Part shown: positions 1 to 7,698 of the stretch, in pieces
Layout of the letters: each line of letters starts with the position of its first letter
Position numbering within the stretch: the first letter of the stretch is position 1
NCBI GenBank assembly: GCA_029859145.1
Contig: JAOUDT010000001.1
Span: forward strand, 1 to 39,326
Reading direction: 5' to 3'
DNA from: Dehalococcoidia bacterium
Lineage (GTDB): Bacteria > Chloroflexota > Dehalococcoidia > GIF9 > AB-539-J10
DNA: 39,326 bases
Made by a program: the position numbers and the translations under genes
Notes under the pieces: generated by a model
Databases searched by the model: none
Told to the model about the DNA's origin: nothing
Seen by the model: only the letters and a program-made list of their open reading frames with translations

Positions 1-338
1 TTCAGGCGCTTCCCCAATACCGACAACAAATCGATATCCGAAGGACGACCGCCGTGCTCCGCAATCCACTCCTCTTCAAGTCCCAGAAGATGCTTGCCAT
101 CCTCTATCCGGCTGGCCAGCATTTTTGTCTCCTCGGCACTGAGAAGCTGAGTCTGCCCCACCTCGTCCATGTATAAATTCAACAGGTCTTCACTGAGTTC
201 AGAATCCCGCCTAGGAGTGGCAAAATCAATCTGGGAGAATTCCTCCTGCCCATCGTCATCCTCACCAGCCGAATACAATTCCTCGTCCTCACAGGAAGAC
301 TGTTCTCTGTCTTTAACTTTTTCTAAAACCGCTATCAT
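1..338 (-). CDS. RNA polymerase sigma-70 family factor (RpoD-like), N-terminal part; CDS runs off the left edge
   Basis: Own translation of the minus strand from ATG 338-336, with GGAGG 6 nt upstream at 349-345. Product: MIAVLEKVKDREQSSCEDEELYSAGEDDDGQEEF...SEDLLNLYMDEVGQTQLLSAEETKMLASRIEDGKHLL. An acidic N-terminus is followed by a region 1.2/2.1-like motif typical of primary-type sigma factors. It is absent from the ORF track because the window edge truncates it. Confidence 0.7.
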   Translation of the reverse strand, partial: MIAVLEKVKDREQSSCEDEELYSAGEDDDGQEEFSQIDFATPRRDSELSEDLLNLYMDEVGQTQLLSAEETKMLASRIEDGKHLLGLEEEWIAEHGGRPSDIDLLSVLGKRL

Positions 339-534
339 TTTCAGCCTCCTTTACATTTTTCGTTCGTACATCTGCATGTTTCACGCAAAGTCATTATAGG
401 TAAAGAGGCAACCCTTGTATGTGACTTTTGTCCCTTACAGGCAGGGCAATCTAACAGGCAAGCATGAACTACTGAGAAATCGGTAGGAAAGACGATGAAA
501 AAACTATATAAGAGAACTTAATTGGTCTCTATCG

Positions 535-735
535 CTATTCAATACTTATCTCAAAAGGGCAACTGATGGCTCCGGTAGCACAAACGGCTTCGCAGTCCGT
601 ACACCAGTCGCACTCCACTGTTTCGATAATGTTGATGCTCTTGTCAACCATCGTTAGAGCGCCGCAGTGGCACACGATGACGCATAGCCCACACCCGTCG
701 CACTTCTCTCTGTCTATACCCGGCATTTCAGCCAC
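535..735 (-). CDS. 2x[4Fe-4S] dicluster ferredoxin (66 aa)
   Basis: Two CxxCxxCxxxC motifs are present (CDGCGLCVIVC and CDWCTDCEAVC). GTG start at 735 lies 9 nt after GGAGA; an alternative ATG is at 726. Confidence 0.85.
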   Translation of the reverse strand: MAEMPGIDREKCDGCGLCVIVCHCGALTMVDKSINIIETVECDWCTDCEAVCATGAISCPFEISIE

Positions 736-758
736 GTTTTTCAGTCTCCATGTCGGTT

Positions 759-802
759 ATTTTAGAAAGTAGAGATGCAACCTGTCTGTGATTTTTGTCT
801 CA
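759..802 (-). promoter_or_regulatory. Candidate class-II Crp/Fnr-dependent promoter of the ferredoxin gene: TGTGA-N6-TCTCA (787-802) plus -10 TAAAAT (764-759)
   Basis: The palindrome matches 9 of 10 positions of the CRP half-site consensus TGTGA-N6-TCACA. It sits 22 nt upstream of a TAAAAT hexamer, which places the site centre near -42. The site overlaps the TGA stop (800-802) of the Crp/Fnr-family gene. Confidence 0.45.
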
Positions 803-1474
803 AGACGACACCTCCATCACTCTCTTGAGAGCTTCTTTATCAGTAATTACTATGCGATTGCGATCCACTTTGATCGCCCCTTCTTCCTCTAATGCCTTTA
901 GCGACCTGCCCACTACCTCCCTAGCAGTACCCGCCATAGCTGCCATTTCTTGCTGTGTGAGCCTTGGTCCGCGGCCCATTTGGCCTCCTCCGACTTGCTC
1001 AAAGAGTATCTTGGCTACCCTGCCTATGACATGCTTGAAAGACAGGTCCTCAACCAGCGACACGAGGTGACGTACCCGGCTTGCCAGCACGTTAATTACA
1101 TTCAATACTACCCGCGGATGGTTCCGTAGGATAGCTTCTATGTCATTTTTCTTTATACCGTAAAGAAGGACTGGCCCCATCGCCCGAGCACTGGCGGGAT
1201 TCGGGCCACCGTCAAAGATAGAAACATCATTGAAGGACTCGCCGGGCCGCACGATGCTCAAGATTTGCTCCTTGCCTTCAGCCGATGTCTTAAACACTTT
1301 CACCGCCCCCGAAGCGACAAAATACAGATCCGTAGCCGATTCACCCTCCAGCAAGACCATTTCTCCTCTCTCAGCACTTTTCTCAAAGACGAGCTTGTCG
1401 ATTGACTCAATTTCAGCAAGGTCGAGACCGGAGAAGTATAAGACGTTCTTCAGAAAGTCCAGTTGAACTGTCAT
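800..1474 (-). CDS. Crp/Fnr family transcriptional regulator (cNMP-binding domain plus C-terminal HTH)
   Basis: 224 aa. The N-terminal beta-roll is cNMP-binding-like (LLEGESATDLYFVASGAVKVFK...GKEQIL...PGESF). The C-terminal HTH is LTQQEMAAMAGTAREVVGRSLKALEEEG. Confidence 0.85.
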   Translation of the reverse strand: MTVQLDFLKNVLYFSGLDLAEIESIDKLVFEKSAERGEMVLLEGESATDLYFVASGAVKVFKTSAEGKEQILSIVRPGESFNDVSIFDGGPNPASARAMGPVLLYGIKKNDIEAILRNHPRVVLNVINVLASRVRHLVSLVEDLSFKHVIGRVAKILFEQVGGGQMGRGPRLTQQEMAAMAGTAREVVGRSLKALEEEGAIKVDRNRIVITDKEALKRVMEVSS

Positions 1475-1508
1475 ATTTTATATCCCGCCAGGCAGCAAAA
1501 TCTGCTTT

Positions 1509-2096
1509 TTAAACACTTTTCTTGCCATGAAACAGTTCACTTCCGGCACCGGGGTATACTATACGCTTTGATGCGGGAGTAGATGCAGCGACCTCGGGCC
1601 ATATTCCACTCTGCGGCTCCGGTCCTTCAAGTGTTATTCCTGATGGCGCCCCATCTCTCATCTCAGGTTCTTTTCTGATGTCAACCCTCGCCACATTGTG
1701 TGAGAATTCGATAGGGATGCCGTTTGGGTCATGGGCGTAAATCGAGTGAATGAATCCGTGGTCAATAACATCTGATACGGAAAAACCCGCGGCCTCTAGC
1801 CTAGCCTTCAGCGACCACAGGTCATCTTCTTTTTCAACGCCGAAAGAGACATGGTCGAAGATGAAAGGGCCTTTAACCGGGCGTCCATGGTCCTTCTTGG
1901 CTACGGGCTTAACCCCAGTCCACTCAAAGAAGGCGATGAGGTCGGTCTCAGAAATCTCAAAGAAATAGTGTCGGTATCCCGGCTGCCCCAATCCAGCGAC
2001 CAGCCGCATACCCAGCAGGTCCCTCCAAAAACGTATGGTCTTGTCCATATCCCCCGTAGCCATAGCCAGGTGGTTCACGCCATTAAACTTAAACAT
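1509..2096 (-). CDS. VOC family protein (glyoxalase/bleomycin resistance/extradiol dioxygenase fold)
   Basis: 195 aa. VNHLAMATGDMDKTIRFWRDLLGM and HSIYAHDPNGIPIEF are typical paired beta-alpha-beta-beta-beta VOC modules. Confidence 0.8.
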   Translation of the reverse strand: MFKFNGVNHLAMATGDMDKTIRFWRDLLGMRLVAGLGQPGYRHYFFEISETDLIAFFEWTGVKPVAKKDHGRPVKGPFIFDHVSFGVEKEDDLWSLKARLEAAGFSVSDVIDHGFIHSIYAHDPNGIPIEFSHNVARVDIRKEPEMRDGAPSGITLEGPEPQSGIWPEVAASTPASKRIVYPGAGSELFHGKKSV

Positions 2097-2126
2097 CTAT
2101 AGGCTCCTCCTTCCGCCGCGGTGCAG

Positions 2127-2615
2127 CTAGATCCCGCTCCTGAGCTTGTTAGCCATATATGTCAGCTCGCTGAGATGCCTCTTTTCCTCGCTGGTTATCA
2201 CGTCTACGATTCCCTGATCGTGTCTGGGCATCATGCCCCTCATCTCCGAATAGAACAGAATAGAGTCTTTCTCAAAACTGATGCCAATTTCTACAGCTTC
2301 CACATCTGTAATCGATTTTCTCCTCAAGACAGTCTGTGCTTGTTCCCCAGCGAAGATACTGGATTGGGCTAGGTCCCTGATATACTGGTAGTGTTCCCCA
2401 GTATATTTCTGGTTAGGTCGATAGCCACCAAGTTGTGACAGCATATCATGGAAGGTATTCTCATGTTCCTTCTCCCGGGCAGCAAGTCTGGCAAAAACGT
2501 CCCCTATCTCTTTGTTTCTATTAAGTCGAGCTGCAACCTCGTAGAAGAAGCGTCCGTTCTTCTCGATCTCGATTGCCAATTCCAGAAACTCCTTACCGAT
2601 TGATATTTCAGACAT
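2127..2615 (-). CDS. Ferritin-like diiron protein (rubrerythrin family, no rubredoxin domain)
   Basis: 162 aa. Two ExxH motifs (AAREKEHEN and SEEKRHLSE) sit in a four-helix-bundle-like sequence. AAGGAGG lies 6 nt upstream of the ATG. The start overlaps the stop of the upstream small ORF by 8 nt. Confidence 0.7.
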   Translation of the reverse strand: MSEISIGKEFLELAIEIEKNGRFFYEVAARLNRNKEIGDVFARLAAREKEHENTFHDMLSQLGGYRPNQKYTGEHYQYIRDLAQSSIFAGEQAQTVLRRKSITDVEAVEIGISFEKDSILFYSEMRGMMPRHDQGIVDVITSEEKRHLSELTYMANKLRSGI

Positions 2616-2820
2616 CCCCTACCTCCTTAGACTTTTTGCCTTGCCCATGGGAGTGATGCTCGGCCGAAGACGACTCACAGCATCCTGGCTCTCCCAGATG
2701 ACCACAACAGTTCTGTCTTCGCCAAATCTTTATAAAGTTATTGCGAAATACTAGCTTCAGTTTCCTTCCCAGAGGCATAGGTACTGACATATTGGTGAAA
2801 AACGCTTTTGCTGTTGGCAT
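2608..2820 (-). CDS. Small basic Cys/His-rich protein (70 aa), function unknown
   Basis: AGGAGG lies 7 nt upstream of the ATG. The ORF is translationally coupled to the diiron protein gene. It carries the motifs NCCGHLGEPGCC and HHSH. I do not recognise a family. Confidence 0.45.
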   Translation of the reverse strand: MPTAKAFFTNMSVPMPLGRKLKLVFRNNFIKIWRRQNCCGHLGEPGCCESSSAEHHSHGQGKKSKEVGDV

Positions 2821-2950
2821 ATTACAACCTCCTGAAAATATTCCCTATCCTTCGACCCTAGGTAACGCCGCCTATCCCTTCATTTATTGTACCCGTCTAG
2901 GGTTTTTAACATAACTGGAAATCCCATTACTTTTCCATACTAGAGCTCGT

Positions 2951-3802
2951 TTACATAAATTCAGCGAGGACCTTTCCCACCCGAGCGGGCTCAACGGCCT
3001 GATTCACTAGTGGCCCCTTGCTTAGCGGCGGCAGCTGCTCCTCATAAGTCAGTGATTTGACCTGATAGATAACACCAATAGGTATGCGGTCTCCCCATTC
3101 AAGTGCCCTTTCCAGTGCTGCCTTCTTGTCGCCGGGGTCATACCTTTCGTCTTCGAGCTTATATACCCGTTCCTTATACCACTGGAAGGTGTTCCTATGG
3201 TTGAATGAGATGCAGGGCTGCAGGATATCGATGAGCGCGAATCCTCGATGCGCAATGCCCTTTTTGATAAGGTTGGCAAGGTGCTCAACGTCCCCGGCAA
3301 AGCCTCTACCGACGAAACTGGCACCGCTGACGATCGCCAGCGCGATAGGATTTACCGGGTTAGCCGCCCCGTAGGGCGTCGTCTTGGTAACAAAACCGAC
3401 ATCACTGGTTGGGGATGCCTGTCCCTTGGTCAGCCCGTAGACCTGATTATCGTGTACCAGATAGGTAATATCATGGTTGCGACGGGCAGCATGGAGAAAA
3501 TGGTTGCCTCCCTCGCCGTAGGCGTCCCCATCGCCACTGACAGCGACGACTGTCAACTCAGAATTGGCAATCTTGGCGCCTACGGCTGGTGGAATCGGTC
3601 TGCCGTGCAGAGAGTTGAACACGTTGCCTCTGGTATAGTGAGGCAACTTGCCAGCCTGGCCGATACCGGATACTAATAAGACATGACGGGGTTCAATCCC
3701 CATCTCAATCAGTGCCCTGTTTAATGCCTCCAATATGCCGAAGTTGCCGCAACCGGGGCACCACGCCGGCTTAAGTCCCGCATAATCGGACACTGTAACC
3801 AT
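2951..3802 (-). CDS. 2-oxoacid:ferredoxin oxidoreductase subunit beta (TPP-binding)
   Basis: Contains WCPGCGNFG and GDGDAYGEGGNH TPP-binding motifs. ATG at 3802 lies 2 nt after the alpha-subunit stop. The ORF track extends to a GTG at 3811. Confidence 0.9.
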   Translation of the reverse strand: MVTVSDYAGLKPAWCPGCGNFGILEALNRALIEMGIEPRHVLLVSGIGQAGKLPHYTRGNVFNSLHGRPIPPAVGAKIANSELTVVAVSGDGDAYGEGGNHFLHAARRNHDITYLVHDNQVYGLTKGQASPTSDVGFVTKTTPYGAANPVNPIALAIVSGASFVGRGFAGDVEHLANLIKKGIAHRGFALIDILQPCISFNHRNTFQWYKERVYKLEDERYDPGDKKAALERALEWGDRIPIGVIYQVKSLTYEEQLPPLSKGPLVNQAVEPARVGKVLAEFM

Positions 3803-3804
3803 CC

Positions 3805-5520
3805 TTAGCACCCTTCCTTTTTGACTGCTTGGGCGATATAGGCTGGTGTAAAGGGTCGCCCATCGTATTTCAGGATTCGATGGCTGACATCATATCCTGT
3901 TTCTGCTTTGATAAGGCGGGCAAGCTGCCCGGTAGCATTGTTCTCGATGGCGTAGGTATTTGGAGTCTTACTCACAGCATCGGCCACCGCCTTTGCCGGG
4001 AACGGCCATAATTCACTGAGATGAAGCATATTGATCCTGACGTCTTCCCTGCGCAGCATATCCACTGCTTCATGGATAGCTCCATAGGTGCTGCCCCAGC
4101 CGATAAGGGTCGTCTCTGCCCCTCGGGAACCGTATTTGTGTGGCTTGCCGATCTCTTTTTTCAGTGGAAGAATCTTCCGCAATCTCTTCTGCACCTGCGC
4201 CGTCCTTTCTCCGGCATCTTCCGTGAGGTGTCCTTCCTCATCATGCTCATCGCAATCGGTGACCACCAGCGCCTGACCTAGACCGGGAAAGGCTCGGGGA
4301 GAAATACCAGACTTCGTTACCCTGTGTCTCATGTACTCCGAGGGGTCATCCTCTTTCTCTGAAAACAACATGCCGCGGTCGATTGTTACCTTCGAGAGGT
4401 CTATCGGGTCAACCGTAGCATGGGAGCTTGCCAGATGCTGGTCGGTTAAAACGATAACCGGCAGCTGATATCTGTCTGCCCAGTTAAAAGCTTTGACCGT
4501 TGCCCAGAAGGCATCTTCAATGGTAGCCGGTGCCAGGATAGCTCTGGGAAAATCGCCGTGGTGGGCATGAAGCACAAACTGAAGGTCGCCCTGCTCAGTT
4601 CGGGTGGGCAGACCTACGGCTGGACCCGGTCGCTGCCCGTCAATTATCACTATCGGTGTCTCAGTAATGCCCGCCAGCCCTATGCCTTCCACCATGAGGC
4701 AAAGGCCGCTGCCGGAGGTGGCAGTCATGGCCCTGACACCAGCATAGGCAGCCCCGATAGCCATGTTGATGGCGGCGATCTCGTCCTCGGCATGAACCAT
4801 TACAAGGTCGAATTCCTTTGATTTGGCTGCCATATATTCCATGATAGAGCTGGCAGGGGTCATAGGATAGGCAGCCATGAATTTGCATCCGGCGGCAATG
4901 GCGCCCAGAGATATTGCCTCATTGCCGGTGAGCAACATTCTCTTAGGCTCAGAGAGCGGCTTGATCTTACGTAAGTTGCCATTGTGCTCAGACCGGACAT
5001 AGTCGTATCCTGCCTTCGCCGCTGCAATGTTCTTATCGCCAACTTCACCTTTCCCGAAGTGGTCCGTCAGAACTGTGTTTAACATGTCAAGATCATAATT
5101 CACCGCAGCCAGGGCAGCACCGAGGGCGACGGTATTGAGCATGAGCTTATCTCCGGCCTTTTCTTCGGCCAGCTTCTCCAGTGGTACGCTGACAAGGCTG
5201 CCGTTATTACCGCTGACTCCCTTTATTTTTTCGCCATCAAAAATGATAATGCCTTGAGTAACCATCTTCGGTTGGTGCAATTCGATACTAGCCATGTTAA
5301 AGGCAATCAGTATGTCCACGTCCTCAGCAATGGCATTTACCTTGTGGTCACTGACTCTAACGCGAAAGAAGTTATGGCCGCCTCTTATTCTTGACTCGTA
5401 ATCCTGGTCAGCGAAAATGTGATAGCCGCCGCGGGCAAAGACTTTGGCCAGCAGGAACCCTACCGACTGCACTCCCTGCCCAGCTTCTCCTCCAACCATA
5501 AAATTGAAGTCAATTGGCAC
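3805..5520 (-). CDS. 2-oxoacid:ferredoxin oxidoreductase subunit alpha (gamma-alpha fusion type)
   Basis: 571 aa. The N-terminal part is gamma-like (MVGGEAGQGVQSVG). It is followed by an alpha/pyrimidine-binding domain (LLTGNEAISLGAIAAGCKFMAAYPMTPAS). Substrate specificity cannot be read from the sequence. Confidence 0.9.
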   Translation of the reverse strand: MPIDFNFMVGGEAGQGVQSVGFLLAKVFARGGYHIFADQDYESRIRGGHNFFRVRVSDHKVNAIAEDVDILIAFNMASIELHQPKMVTQGIIIFDGEKIKGVSGNNGSLVSVPLEKLAEEKAGDKLMLNTVALGAALAAVNYDLDMLNTVLTDHFGKGEVGDKNIAAAKAGYDYVRSEHNGNLRKIKPLSEPKRMLLTGNEAISLGAIAAGCKFMAAYPMTPASSIMEYMAAKSKEFDLVMVHAEDEIAAINMAIGAAYAGVRAMTATSGSGLCLMVEGIGLAGITETPIVIIDGQRPGPAVGLPTRTEQGDLQFVLHAHHGDFPRAILAPATIEDAFWATVKAFNWADRYQLPVIVLTDQHLASSHATVDPIDLSKVTIDRGMLFSEKEDDPSEYMRHRVTKSGISPRAFPGLGQALVVTDCDEHDEEGHLTEDAGERTAQVQKRLRKILPLKKEIGKPHKYGSRGAETTLIGWGSTYGAIHEAVDMLRREDVRINMLHLSELWPFPAKAVADAVSKTPNTYAIENNATGQLARLIKAETGYDVSHRILKYDGRPFTPAYIAQAVKKEGC

Positions 5521-5544
5521 CGGTCATCTCCGTACCCTATGCAC

Positions 5545-5868
5545 CTATTGCCCGTGTTTTTGAATGACCTCATCCACCCACTTCATAGCAGCAATCATAG
5601 TGGGGAAACCCACTGTGGTGAATGCCAGAAGTACAGCGTGGCGGAGCTCATTAGTGGTTGCGCCTTCTGCAAGCGCTCGCCGGGCGTGTGACCTTACCCC
5701 ACCCTCCGAACCCAAGCCTATGGCAATGCCCAGCTTCACTAGTCGCCTTGTCTTTTCGTCCAGCGGACCCCAACCATGGCATTTGACAGCCAACTCATCA
5801 TAGGCTGTGGCTATCTCAGGATATTCCCGCTGGAATTCTTTGTAAATACTTGGCAAATATGTCATCAC
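5545..5868 (-). CDS. Carboxymuconolactone decarboxylase (AhpD-like) family protein
   Basis: 107 aa. The helical CMD-domain signature is LDEKTRRLVKLGIAIGLGSEGGVRSHARRALAEGATTNEL. GGAGG SD is present upstream. Confidence 0.75.
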   Translation of the reverse strand: MMTYLPSIYKEFQREYPEIATAYDELAVKCHGWGPLDEKTRRLVKLGIAIGLGSEGGVRSHARRALAEGATTNELRHAVLLAFTTVGFPTMIAAMKWVDEVIQKHGQ

Positions 5869-6002
5869 CTACCTCCTTTCTCGTTACTTTCAAGGCCTGT
5901 GCCGACCAGCCCAAGAAGACTGTCGCCGAAATGGCATCTGCTATCTGTTCCATTCCTGCACAACTCCTGCCAGTATTGACAGGGAGCAGAGCTATTCACA
6001 CT

Positions 6003-6482
6003 TCATTTGGCTGCTTTGACAGCCTTTTTCTTGGCTGATACGGCAATTTTCTTCGGTTTTATCTTGGTTGATTTAGGGAGCGCAACCTCGAGAACCCCGT
6101 CTTCAAAGCTGGCTTTGATCTTATCAACATCTACGGTAGATGGCAGAGGGATCGAGCGAAAGAAGCTGCCATAGGTGCGCTCGCATCGGTAGTAGTCCTC
6201 ATCCTTAACCTCAGTCTCGGTCTTCTTTTCTCCCCTGATAGATAATGTGTCGCCAACCACCGAGACATTGATATCCTCCTCCTTCATCCCCGGCAGCTCT
6301 GCCTTGACGACGAACTTGTCATCTTTCTCGAAGACGTCTACCGCTGGCATCCAGGCTTTTTCCTCGACGGGCAATCGCCACAATCGTCCTCCGAACAAAT
6401 CATTAGCGCGCCGCTCCCATTCTTCCAACTCTTTGAGTGGCCTCCACGGGGTGACTCCCCACCTGGGTCTCCATATCTCCAT
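6003..6482 (-). CDS. Hsp20/alpha-crystallin family small heat-shock protein
   Basis: 159 aa. Alpha-crystallin domain motifs are PAVDVFEKDDKFVVKAELPG, GEKK, YGSFFRSIPLP and ASFEDGVLEVALPK. AGGAGG SD is present. Confidence 0.9.
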   Translation of the reverse strand: MEIWRPRWGVTPWRPLKELEEWERRANDLFGGRLWRLPVEEKAWMPAVDVFEKDDKFVVKAELPGMKEEDINVSVVGDTLSIRGEKKTETEVKDEDYYRCERTYGSFFRSIPLPSTVDVDKIKASFEDGVLEVALPKSTKIKPKKIAVSAKKKAVKAAK

Positions 6483-6595
6483 GGTCGTAGCGTCCTCCTT
6501 TCTTACTTATTACGATTCAGACTCTGCTCCCTGGCAATGCTGGCAGGCAGAATATGTTTATGTTCGTTGTCTGCTCCCAGTTATTCCTTTCTGGC

Positions 6596-7111
6596 CTAAA
6601 TGCCCGATATACACCCAGGCGCTCTGATCATTAGTACGGGAACGCAGCTACTTCTGAGAACTTTGTCAGCTACACTGCCATACGCCCACCGGCTTGGACC
6701 AGACCGACCGTGGCTCGCCATAACAATCAGGTCACACTCAGCCTGCCTTGCGTAGCCGACTATTGCCTCGGCAGGCTTCCAAAGAAGTACCTCTGTGCTT
6801 ACTTTGATTCCCTTGGCTGCCATTGTTTCAGCTATTCTGTCAAGATACCTTTGTGCTTGCTTTTCTTTCTTGCCAAATGCTTCTGGCACGAGTTGTTTGG
6901 ATGGCGGCTGGATGGCGGCCCCCCAGCCACCACCTGAAAGAACAAATGGCTCGGCTGCGCCCTCAACCGCTCTGTAGCCTTGAACACGCTCAGTGACGCT
7001 GATTAGGATGACTTCTCCTGTGTTGCAGCCTTTAGCCAATTCTTCTGCATGGGGAAGCGCACACTCGGCTAACTTAGAGCCATCCAATGGAACTAAAATT
7101 TTCTTGTACAT
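6596..7111 (-). CDS. Universal stress protein (UspA family), copy with an internal insertion
   Basis: Start chosen at MYKKILVPLDGSKLAEC, with GGAGG 8 nt upstream. The ORF track extends 13 codons further to 7150. USP motif GSHGRSG is present. The C-terminus is PGCISGI. Confidence 0.85.
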   Translation of the reverse strand: MYKKILVPLDGSKLAECALPHAEELAKGCNTGEVILISVTERVQGYRAVEGAAEPFVLSGGGWGAAIQPPSKQLVPEAFGKKEKQAQRYLDRIAETMAAKGIKVSTEVLLWKPAEAIVGYARQAECDLIVMASHGRSGPSRWAYGSVADKVLRSSCVPVLMIRAPGCISGI

Positions 7112-7125
7112 TTTTGACCTCCTTT
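7077..7125 (-). repeat. 49-nt segment (SD plus first 12 codons of USP copy 1), 48 of 49 identical to 7564-7612
   Basis: Direct comparison: gagccatccaatggaac[t/c]aaaattttcttgtacatttttgacctccttt. Confidence 0.9.
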
Positions 7126-7133
7126 CTTTCACT

Positions 7134-7598
7134 CTAAATTCCGGGCACACAGCCTGGTGGTCTTACCATCAGAAGTGGAACACAGGCGGTGCGAAGAACC
7201 CGGTCAGTCACGCTCCCCCAGGCCCAGCGACCTATACCGGAGCGCCCATGTGTGGCGATAACAATGAGATCTACCGAGTTTCCGGTGGCATAGTCGGCGA
7301 TGCTCTCGGCCGGCGTGCCGGTTATTACTGCTGTCTTGATGGACACTCCACCATATCGAGTCCGTTTCATCAGCTCGCTGACGTAGCTGTCAGCTGCTAC
7401 TTTGTTGTCTGTATCAATGCTATCTATGGTGTCCTGGCTGAGACAACCTTCATAATCGCAGAGCTGGTGAAAAGGCTCGACCACGCGGAGAAAAACAACT
7501 TCTTGCACTCCACACCCCTTGGCAATAGACTCCACGTGAGGGAGGACACACTCCGCCAGTTTCGAGCCATCCAATGGAACCAAAATTTTCTTGTACAT
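7134..7598 (-). CDS. Universal stress protein (UspA family)
   Basis: 154 aa. Contains MYKKILVPLDGSKLAEC and ATHGRSGIGRWAWGSV. The C-terminus is PGCVPGI. It is a tandem paralog of the gene at 6596-7111. Confidence 0.9.
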   Translation of the reverse strand: MYKKILVPLDGSKLAECVLPHVESIAKGCGVQEVVFLRVVEPFHQLCDYEGCLSQDTIDSIDTDNKVAADSYVSELMKRTRYGGVSIKTAVITGTPAESIADYATGNSVDLIVIATHGRSGIGRWAWGSVTDRVLRTACVPLLMVRPPGCVPGI

Positions 7599-7612
7599 TT
7601 TTGACCTCCTTT
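7564..7612 (-). repeat. 49-nt segment (SD plus first 12 codons of USP copy 2), 48 of 49 identical to 7077-7125
   Basis: Same comparison as for 7077-7125. The rest of the two genes is much more diverged. Confidence 0.9.
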
Positions 7613-7698
7613 TGCTCTCCCTACATAATTGTCCTGATATACCTCAGATATCAGTTCTGTTCTCAATACATCATTTCCTCCTTTTGACATATTCTGAT

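Noticed and set aside
6520-6550. Sigma-54-like TGGCA-N-TGGCA string upstream of hsp20
   Set aside because: The GG/GC spacing and the -12 TTGC element do not fit the TGGCAC-N5-TTGCW consensus on either strand.
6993-7604. 203-aa plus-strand ORF spanning both USP genes, and similar long antisense ORFs (10067-10588, 26939-27655, 28683-29210, 15868-16293, 3248-3676, 38308-38826)
   Set aside because: All are antisense to genes with clear homology-type motifs. They lack an SD and have low-complexity, Ser/Pro/Arg-rich composition typical of shadow ORFs.
7663-7674. Mini-ORF ATG-ATG-TAT-TGA after a strong AAAGGAGG between pfpI and the USP gene, followed by a 7-bp hairpin (7634-7654)
   Set aside because: The SD-to-ATG spacing is only 2-5 nt and the ORF is 2-3 codons long. 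The SD-like string may be fortuitous. The hairpin is more simply a pfpI terminator.
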